Assembly (NCBI RefSeq): GCF_902490045.1
Contig: NZ_CABUCJ010000001.1
Coordinates: 1 to 59,732, forward strand
DNA length: 59,732 nt
Direction: 5' to 3'
Origin: an uncultured Anaerotruncus sp.
Lineage (GTDB): Bacteria > Bacillota > Clostridia > Oscillospirales > Ruminococcaceae
Part shown: positions 52,613 to 59,732 of the stretch, one piece after another
How positions within the stretch are numbered: position 1 is the stretch's first letter
How the letters are laid out: each line of letters begins with the position of its first letter
Notes under the pieces: model-generated
Seen by the model: only the letters and a program-made list of their open reading frames with translations
Database searches by the model: none
Told to the model about the DNA's origin: nothing
Program-made: the position numbers and the translations under genes

Positions 52613-53803
52613 TCAGTCAGCAAAATTGTCAAAATATCCCTGGATCAGGACGATGGGCGTGCCCTTGTCGCCGCTGCCGCTCGTCAGATCGCACAGGCTG
52701 CCGATCAGGTCGGTCAGGCGGCGGGGGGTGGTGCCCTGCGTCTCCATCGTGCCCTTGAGATCGGCCTTTTTGTTGTGGATATACTCGGAGACGGCCTGCC
52801 GGAGCTCGTTGCCCGAGAGGTCGCGGAACTGGTTATCCGCGAGATATTTGAGCTTGACCTCGTTGGGCAGGCCGTTGAGCCCCTCGGTGAAACCGGGGCT
52901 GACGACCGGGTCGGCGAGTTCCCAGATTTTGCCCACCGGGTCGCGGAAAGCGCCGTCGCCGTAGACGAGCGCCTCGATCTGCCTGCCGGTCGCCTCGCTC
53001 AGCTTGTGCTGCAGGTCGCGCGCGAAGGCGGCGCAGTCGCGCGGGAAGAGCTTGACGCGGCTTTCGGTCGACTTGTTGCTGCCGAGCAGACCGTAATCGG
53101 CGTTGTAGCCGCTGCCGTTTATGGGGGCGGAGAGGATGTCGTCGAGGCCGTAGACCGTCTCGGCGCCCGCCGCGCGCAGGAGGCGCTTGGTGCGCTCGCG
53201 GGTGTGGATATCGCAGCAGAGGACATGCTTCGTGTGCTCGAGGACGGCGGAAGGGCGGTTGGCGAAGAGAATCTCAACGTCTGCCCCTTCCTCGCGGATG
53301 AGGGAGGCGTAGTATTCGACATAGTCCACGCCGGTGAACAGGTGCTTATTCTCCCCGAAAAGCGCGCGGTAGCGCTTTTCGTCAAGTACGTCGGTCCACG
53401 GGTTGACCCCGGCGGCCTCGAGCTTTTCCTCCGAAACGAGGGTGTTGCCCACCTCGTCGCTCGGGTAGCTGAACATCAGCACGATCTTTTTCGCGCCGCG
53501 CGCGATGCCGCGCAGGCAGATGGCGAACCGGTTGCGGCTGAGGATGGGGAAGATCACGCCAATGGGGTGGTCGCCGAATTTGGAGCGGACGTCCGCCGCA
53601 ATGTCGTCGGTGGAGGCGTAGTTGCCCTGTGCCTTGGCGACGACCGCTTCGGTAACGCCCACGACGTCGCGGTCGTGGAAAGAAAAGCCCTCGCTTGCGG
53701 CGGCTTCGAGCACGGAATCGGTGACGATCTGCGCGAGGTCGTCGCCCGGCCGGATAATCGGAGCGCGCACGCCCCGGACAGTGGTGCCGATCATTCTTGA
53801 CAT
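52613..53803 (-). CDS. Coenzyme F420-0:L-glutamate ligase (CofE)-like protein
   Basis: GVRAPIIRPGDDL, VTEAVVAKAQG, DLTSGSGDKGTPIVLI. Confidence 0.75.
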   Translation of the reverse strand: MSRMIGTTVRGVRAPIIRPGDDLAQIVTDSVLEAAASEGFSFHDRDVVGVTEAVVAKAQGNYASTDDIAADVRSKFGDHPIGVIFPILSRNRFAICLRGIARGAKKIVLMFSYPSDEVGNTLVSEEKLEAAGVNPWTDVLDEKRYRALFGENKHLFTGVDYVEYYASLIREEGADVEILFANRPSAVLEHTKHVLCCDIHTRERTKRLLRAAGAETVYGLDDILSAPINGSGYNADYGLLGSNKSTESRVKLFPRDCAAFARDLQHKLSEATGRQIEALVYGDGAFRDPVGKIWELADPVVSPGFTEGLNGLPNEVKLKYLADNQFRDLSGNELRQAVSEYIHNKKADLKGTMETQGTTPRRLTDLIGSLCDLTSGSGDKGTPIVLIQGYFDNFAD

Positions 53804-54009
53804 GAGTGAATCCCTCCGATGGCGGCTGGTCCGCCGGTTTACACGCCGGAACGGCGCGGCGGCCCTCCCTGAGGGAAGGCCGTATCTTAATCTCCATTAT
53901 ACAGGAATTCGCCGCAAGATACAACGATTCTGCAAAAAAGCGGGAAAAAATTTGCAATCCCCACCCAAAAGCCAAAAAGGAAGAAAAAAATCGTCTTTTC
54001 AGCGGCCTG

Positions 54010-54189
54010 TCAGGGTTCTACCTGCACCAGGCTGAACTCCTTGCCGCAGAAATCCGACTTTCGGAAGTAGCGCCTGGCCATATTTGTGGTGGAGAAGGGC
54101 TTGGCAAGCGCGATATCGTTCAGAAGAATCCGCGTGTTAAAGAGATAGCGGCTGCCGTCCTGCTGTTGGATCTGGATGACGTAATGCAT
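54010..54189 (-). CDS. Small hypothetical protein (59 aa), below the ORF-track cutoff
   Basis: GAAAGGA RBS; MHYVIQIQQQDGSRYLF..LVQVEP*; host-like codons. Confidence 0.6.
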   Translation of the reverse strand: MHYVIQIQQQDGSRYLFNTRILLNDIALAKPFSTTNMARRYFRKSDFCGKEFSLVQVEP

Positions 54190-54347
54190 CGACTGACACT
54201 TCCTTTCCCCTCCGGTCTTGTACGCGGAGCGGGAGTGTCAGTATAGCATGCTTTGGATTCCAGAACAAGTAATAGCAGGAAAATTTCAGCGTATTATGTA
54301 AAATTCGGAAGACCTCTTGCCGCAAAAAGGACAAAATGCCCGCCGGA

Positions 54348-55688
54348 TCAGCCGGCGAGCGTTTCGGAAAGGTAGCGGATGCGTTCCCGGGACTCCGAGT
54401 CAAGCCGGTTGAACCAGCCGGCGAACGCCTCCTGCCATTCGATTTCGTCGAGCGGGCGAAGCATCCCCTCCTCCCAAGCCGCCCGGATTCGGGAGAGCAG
54501 CAGGGCGGCGGACGCCTCGTCGAAGCAGGAGAAGACCTCCGCGTATTCGTCCTCAAAGACGCATCCTGCGCCGAGCAGGTCGCAGAGGTCGTCCAGGCTG
54601 CGCAGCTCCTCCCGGATGATCTGCGCCTTTCGGCCGGCGGCGTCGCAGAGAAGCACCTCCCCGGCAACGGCGGCGAACGCGTCGTTGTCGAGGCGTTCCC
54701 CATCGATGAAGAGGAGCGGCGCGTCCTCCGCAGCGACCACCGCGAAGGGGGCGAGCGCGCCGCCCGCGCGGTTGAGTTCCCCTGCGAAGCGCGCGGCCCC
54801 CTCGCGGATATAGCCGTCGAGACGGTCGTTTTCAAAGGCGCAGGAGTCGATCAGGTTTTCCGCGGCCCGCTGAAGCAGCGCCGCACGCTGTTCGGGGGCG
54901 AGGGGGCGCAGCCGTTCCTCCAGCCCGGCGCGTTCCCCGGCGCTGAGCGACGCGTCCTCCCGGCCGAGCAGACGGGCGAGCAGCAGGTTTTGGAGCGCGA
55001 TCGTGAAGAGGTTCACATAGGCCTCGGCGGGGGAGGTGCGGTTTTGGCGCGCCCAGCCGCGCAGCAGGCCGTCCAACGCCGACGCGAACCGGCCGCAGAA
55101 ACGGTTTTCCAGCGCGAGCGACTCGAGCCGCTCGCGCACGCCGAAGATTCCGCTCGCGGAGACCTCCCGCGCGAGCGGGTACTCGGTGAGCACGACAAAG
55201 TCGCCCGGGTGTCTGCGGACCTTCCAGTCCCGCAGGTACTGGGGAAAGGTGACGTCGAGCAAAATCCGGTAGCCCTCGTTGACGGTGGGGGTGCGGGTCG
55301 CGCGCACCCGGGAGAGCAGTCGTTCACAGGCGCGTTCCTCCTGGTCCAGGAGCTCCGTCCCCATCCGGTAGAGCGTGTCCATCGGATGTTCCCGCAGCAG
55401 CGCGAGGCTCTCCTGCGGGGTCGCCGCGTGCTTGAGCGCCACGTCGATGCAGTAGCCGATGTCGTCCATCAGCTGGTCGGCGGTCTCGGCGGGGACGGAG
55501 CTGCTCTCGCCGCGCGTGATCTCCTCGATCTGAGACCGGAGAAGACCCAGAAGCCCCTCCTGCATCGAGGTGAGCGCGCGTTCGTCCAGCAGGCCCGCCT
55601 CCGCCGCCTGCCGCATGAGCGAGGCGGTATAGGCGCCGTAATCGATCCCGTCGAGCGGGGCTTTGTTCAAAAGCGAACGGTTCTCCAC
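54348..55688 (-). CDS. DUF6179-like hypothetical protein
   Basis: TRGESSSVPAETA..IGYCI, EYPLA, LENRFC. Confidence 0.7.
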   Translation of the reverse strand: MENRSLLNKAPLDGIDYGAYTASLMRQAAEAGLLDERALTSMQEGLLGLLRSQIEEITRGESSSVPAETADQLMDDIGYCIDVALKHAATPQESLALLREHPMDTLYRMGTELLDQEERACERLLSRVRATRTPTVNEGYRILLDVTFPQYLRDWKVRRHPGDFVVLTEYPLAREVSASGIFGVRERLESLALENRFCGRFASALDGLLRGWARQNRTSPAEAYVNLFTIALQNLLLARLLGREDASLSAGERAGLEERLRPLAPEQRAALLQRAAENLIDSCAFENDRLDGYIREGAARFAGELNRAGGALAPFAVVAAEDAPLLFIDGERLDNDAFAAVAGEVLLCDAAGRKAQIIREELRSLDDLCDLLGAGCVFEDEYAEVFSCFDEASAALLLSRIRAAWEEGMLRPLDEIEWQEAFAGWFNRLDSESRERIRYLSETLAG

Positions 55689-56200
55689 TGTTCGTCCTCC
55701 TCTACCGCATAATCGCCGTTTTCCCCGGCGGGCTTGTCCGTTTCGGGGGGCGCCTCCACGCTGCCGCAGGCACGCACATTGCGCGCCATCGCTTCCATGT
55801 CGCGTCCCGCGAGCAGTTCGAGCGAGCCCTCGCAGCCGCCTTCAAAGCATTGCTTCATCACGGCAATCAGTTCGTCGTCGGGCAGGCAATCGAGCGTGTC
55901 ATTTTTGAGGTAGTAGAAAAGCTCGGTCAGCGCGCAGAGGGTGTCGGCATAGTTCTGAGCGTCGATATAGGCGGAATCGCAGAACGCCTCGGCAAGTTTC
56001 TCGAGCACGCCGGGGCCCACCTCGATGCGGCGGCTGTTCCTGAGCGCGTCGGTCCGCACCTTGAGCAGCGCGACGGCGTCTTCGTGGGTCAGCGACAGGC
56101 CGTAGGGGCGGGTGAGGTCGTTGAGACGGAGCAGTTCATCTGCGTCGCGCCGGGCCAGCGCGTCATCCCGCTGGGTGAGAAGGGAGAGGAGTCCGCTCAT
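55667..56200 (-). CDS. DUF6323-like hypothetical protein
   Basis: YGLSLT..RIEVG..FCDSAYI..FYYLKN..CEGSLE; AAGGAG RBS. Confidence 0.7.
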   Translation of the reverse strand: MSGLLSLLTQRDDALARRDADELLRLNDLTRPYGLSLTHEDAVALLKVRTDALRNSRRIEVGPGVLEKLAEAFCDSAYIDAQNYADTLCALTELFYYLKNDTLDCLPDDELIAVMKQCFEGGCEGSLELLAGRDMEAMARNVRACGSVEAPPETDKPAGENGDYAVEEDEQWRTVRF

Positions 56201-56229
56201 GTTGTTCAGCTCCTTTTGCAGCTTGGGAC

Positions 56230-56258
56230 TTGACAAAACTTTTAAAATGTGATATGGT
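56230..56258 (+). promoter_or_regulatory. Sigma-A type promoter facing the ICE end
   Basis: TTGACA-N17-TATGGT with extended TG. Confidence 0.55.
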
Positions 56259-56459
56259 GTAGAAGGAAAAATTTATGGTTTTTTTGAATCATTTAATAGA
56301 TTTCCAATTATCTCTTTAGGTTTTCTTATATGCCGGTATAGCCCGTAACTTCGGGCTTTTCCGGCACTTTTCCTATCGGAAGAACCTCACAAACGTTCTT
56401 ATTACCCTTCATGTTTTCGCTCTCAAACGTAGTACAAACAGTAGTACATTCTGCGCATT

Positions 56460-57737
56460 CTATGCGGCTTGGGCTTCCTGGGCGCTCTCTGACGCTGGCT
56501 GCGTGTTGACGGTTGCGCTGGTCTGTGCCTGAGCTTGCAGCCGTTTCATTTCCTCCTGTGCGGAATGGAACGTGGCGTGAGCGTAATAGTTCAACGTCAT
56601 AACGATATTGGCATGCCCCATGATGTACTGTAATGCCTTTGGGTTCATGCCTGCGTTTGCCATTCTGGTACAGAATGTATGCCGCATGGTGTGCGGCGTC
56701 ATGACCTCCGGCAGCGGTTCCTTATGGAACTTGTTGAACTTCTTAGCAAGGCACTGAAACATGGCATCATAGTGGACAGCCACTTTCGGCAGTCCATCCC
56801 GGTTTAAGAACAGGAAGCCCTTATATCCGTCCACCACAACGCCTTTGCCATCCTTTCGCCTGTGCAGCACGCGCTGAAATGCTTTGTAGGCCGCTGCGCT
56901 CATAGGCACCTGGCGATAACCGCTGTCTGTCTTTGGCGCTTCGATGTAGTAGCCGTCCTCGGTGCTTCTCAAAAGCTGGTGGTCTACATTCACAAACCGC
57001 TTGTCAAAATTCAGGTCGGCAGGCGTCAGGCCGCAGAGTTCGGAAACGCGAAGTCCGGTTTCCAGCAGAATCAATACCTCGTCATAATACTTGGCATAAA
57101 CGGGGTCACTCTGCATGAAGCCCAAAAGCTCCTTTTCCTGTGCAGGGGTAAGCGGCACCTTTGGTACGGTATCGTCGTTGATAACCTCATTGATCTGGAA
57201 GTCAAAGGGATTCTTGCGGAGGCAATCGTCCTGTACGGCCATGTGAAAAATGGCTTTCAGGGAACGCTTGCCGTTGCAGATGGTATGATAGGCCACGCCC
57301 TTTTCCTGCATACGCAAGGCCCATTCTTTGGCGTCAGACAGCTTCACGCTGTCGATGCTGGCCCCTCCGATTTTATCCTCGGACAGAAGTTTCATTAACT
57401 GCTGGCGGCTCTTATGGGTTCCCCGTTTCACATTGCCCCGCTGCCGGATATACTTTTCATATAGCTGGCACACGGTCATTTTCTTACCGATGGTGTCAAT
57501 CCCATCGTCAAGGTCTTTTTGTATCTGCTTGATTTTCTCACGCAGAGAAATATCCGGGCGTTTTCCGGCAGGGATTTTGTCCGTAGGGACTAACTTCCAT
57601 GAGTACACAAACTTCGGTTCTCCAAAGGTATCCGTATATTTGTAGGCGTATCTTCCGTCTGTTCGCTGGCTCTCTCCAGATTTCAAAAGGCGGCCTTTGC
57701 TGTCCCGCCTTTTTTCATCTCGTTCTTTTTTTGACAT
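56460..57737 (-). CDS. int: Tn916/Tn1549-family tyrosine integrase
   Basis: EKRRDSKGRLLKSGESQRTDGRY, GLRVSE, HTMRHTF, IMGH, YYAH. Confidence 0.96.
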   Translation of the reverse strand: MSKKERDEKRRDSKGRLLKSGESQRTDGRYAYKYTDTFGEPKFVYSWKLVPTDKIPAGKRPDISLREKIKQIQKDLDDGIDTIGKKMTVCQLYEKYIRQRGNVKRGTHKSRQQLMKLLSEDKIGGASIDSVKLSDAKEWALRMQEKGVAYHTICNGKRSLKAIFHMAVQDDCLRKNPFDFQINEVINDDTVPKVPLTPAQEKELLGFMQSDPVYAKYYDEVLILLETGLRVSELCGLTPADLNFDKRFVNVDHQLLRSTEDGYYIEAPKTDSGYRQVPMSAAAYKAFQRVLHRRKDGKGVVVDGYKGFLFLNRDGLPKVAVHYDAMFQCLAKKFNKFHKEPLPEVMTPHTMRHTFCTRMANAGMNPKALQYIMGHANIVMTLNYYAHATFHSAQEEMKRLQAQAQTSATVNTQPASESAQEAQAA

Positions 57738-57816
57738 TTCGTCATGCTCCTTTCCATGACGGAAAGAGCCTTGACACGCTTTAAGAGTATTATAGCATAG
57801 TCAAGGCTCTTTTTCA

Positions 57817-58020
57817 CTAGATTGTGTCAAGAGAATCAATGATTTTTTCAAATTTTTGCCGTTTGATCTGGATGCGGTTGCCGTTCAAAATCACCCAGCC
57901 AGCGGATGGGTTTTCCTCGGCAAGCCGACGCAGTTTGTTTTCTCCAATGCGAAAATATTTCGACGCTTCCTCAATGGTAAGCGTATACTTTTCCCAAATA
58001 GGCACATCGTTATTACTCAT
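57817..58020 (-). CDS. xis: Tn916-family excisionase
   Basis: [26 protein letters not shown]. Confidence 0.96.
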   Translation of the reverse strand: MSNNDVPIWEKYTLTIEEASKYFRIGENKLRRLAEENPSAGWVILNGNRIQIKRQKFEKIIDSLDTI

Positions 58021-58449
58021 AATATGGCCTCCTTCTGTTCAAAGCAAAGGTTCCTTGTAAATGTGGGCAAAACACGGACGGCTGGCGGCCCAGCTCCACG
58101 GGCTTTTCACCCCCGTGTGGTTCTCACACGGCCCTACCCATTGCCTGTGACGCTTTTAACGCTCGGACTGTGGCTGTAAGGGAGTATCATTGTCCTGCCT
58201 GCACGTCATCGCCCATAAGCAGCTACGCTTATTTTGCGGCTGGGTGGTTGTCGCTCCGCTGTTTTCGTAGAAACCAGCATCATGGCGCACCCGCCGTCCG
58301 GCTCGGTGTAGACAGAATGTGTCCGTATGCCCTATGACGCGCCGCCATTGTCCTGCGGGCGTATTTGTCAAGGTACATACATCAGCCACCGAGCCGGCGG
58401 AAATGCGGAAAGAGAGTAATAAGACATTTCCGTTACCGTGGCCGGGTCG

Positions 58450-58689
58450 TTACTTCAAGGCAACGATGATGGAATGAATGAGCTTGATTTCCAAACGGTG
58501 CTTCATATACTCGTCCACGCACACATAGGGGATGCCGTTGCTGTCATACAAGGTGCGGATGCAGAGCTTGTTTATGTAGTCCTCATAGTACCGCAGCACT
58601 TGCTCCATAGCCATTGCATCCCCAGCGTGGGCAGCTTCCATCACCGAAAGGGGAAGAAGCTCTCTGCCGTTGAATGTAGGTTCCTTCAT
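58450..58689 (-). CDS. Tn916 Orf8-like HTH protein
   Basis: LLPLSVMEAAHAGD..VLRYYEDYI..RLEIKLI. Confidence 0.85.
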   Translation of the reverse strand: MKEPTFNGRELLPLSVMEAAHAGDAMAMEQVLRYYEDYINKLCIRTLYDSNGIPYVCVDEYMKHRLEIKLIHSIIVALK

Positions 58690-59129
58690 CCGCGTTTACC
58701 TCCCTCTGGCATGAACGCCATCAATTTCATACGCAACTGTTTCAGGGTCCTTGTCCTGTGACGCTGTACGGCGCTGCGGGACATTCCCATGAGGCTGCCG
58801 ATTTCTCCGTCTGCCAAATCCAGAACACAGTGCAAAATCAAAATGCTTTGTTCCTGTTCCGGCAGGCTGGCGAACGCCTCGGCTACAAGCTCGTTGTCGA
58901 TCAGCAGGTCATACCCATACGACGAAAAAACGTAGCTGTCGCTGGGGTAATCATCCACGACTGAGAGCTTGTCCATTTCCTCTTGTGTCAGAGCATCCAG
59001 CGACTTTTCACGTTCGCGGCGATGCGCCATCTCCGACCAGTAGCTTTTAGCCTCATTGCGGAGTACCGCTTTGCAGAAAGCATCATAGCGGTGCCGCAGG
59101 ATAAAATCATTGCGGGGGATCGTTTCCAT
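58686..59129 (-). CDS. Tn916 Orf7-like sigma-70 region 4 protein
   Basis: YDAFCKAVLRNEA..LPEQEQSILIL..EIGSLMGMSRSAVQ. Confidence 0.85.
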   Translation of the reverse strand: METIPRNDFILRHRYDAFCKAVLRNEAKSYWSEMAHRREREKSLDALTQEEMDKLSVVDDYPSDSYVFSSYGYDLLIDNELVAEAFASLPEQEQSILILHCVLDLADGEIGSLMGMSRSAVQRHRTRTLKQLRMKLMAFMPEGGKRG

Positions 59130-59732
59130 CTTTTCACCCCCTTTCTGTGGGGGATTTCGGTGGTTTTCTCCCTTTCCGCCAAAGTTACTGTTGAAAGGCC
59201 TCCAGCTACCCGCCAAACACCACTTTTTTAAAAAAATTTTGAAAAAGTGTTTGACCGATAGAGCGGCCGAAGGAAATAACAAAATTCGCCCGGAAGGGCA
59301 TAAACCCTCCGGGCGAACAAAAAAATAGTATGATATTTTATTGCATACGCAAATTCATGGTTCCGGCCACATTTCCCACGGGCCGGGGGATGTTTTTTTT
59401 AACGGTGTTACTCCCATTTCCGTTGGTCGATATCCCGTTCTACACATGACGGCTCCCTCCTGAAACCGCCAATGGGATCAGCGTTAGGGGGAATTGCTCC
59501 CATCCAATACCTTACGAACCGCGGTGTGGTTGCTCGGGGCGATCCGGCTGATGTAATGACGGCCTGATTGCGCAACGTTCCTTTGGTTTGATGTTCCATC
59601 TTTCACTTTCTCCATTTTTTTAGAAAATAACTTCGATACAAAATCCAAGGACAACAAACAGTAAAATGCTGATAATCGTTCCAACTCTCGTCATGATCTG
59701 ATACTTTGTAAACTTCTTATTTCGCACAAATG

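Larger units (their letters stand above)
56265..59732 (-). mobile_element. Integration/excision end of a Tn916/Tn1549-family ICE (continues beyond the window; end position approximate)
   Basis: int-xis-orf8-orf7 order; Tn916-like terminal sequence ATTTCCAATTATC; GTAGTACA direct repeats at 56429 and 56441. Confidence 0.9.

Noticed and set aside
59408..59684. Short ORFs at the right edge
   Set aside because: No recognisable product; they lie in the regulatory non-coding stretch upstream of the Orf7-like gene.

Overview
High-GC Clostridia-type (probably Oscillospiraceae-like) chromosomal window. (1) 1-8887: anaerobic aromatic/indole-metabolism operon with a DAO-family flavoprotein, EtfBA, a three-subunit HcrCAB-like molybdoenzyme, UbiX and tryptophanase. 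(2) A feoB-like gene in pieces. A 38-codon internal fragment (8921-9034) and the C-terminal part (25150-25884) are separated by a 16,115-bp large-serine-recombinase element. Its ends carry inverted arms around a shared ATT, and precise excision would restore the frame. The N-terminal part of feoB is absent and the fragment abuts the tnaA terminator, which suggests a second interruption. The element also carries a tyrosine recombinase with a ~790-nt structured leader and a flavodoxin/aldo-keto-reductase redox cargo. (3) Core genes: ldh-like, MATE, CIRCE-controlled htpG, a Na+-type V/A-ATPase operon, a MacAB-like ABC exporter, fba, DUF362, prs, a CofE-like gene and DUF6179/DUF6323, with a small low-GC TetR islet. 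(4) From about 56265: the int-xis end of a Tn916/Tn1549-family ICE. All calls come from reading the sequence and from recalled motifs; no searches were run.
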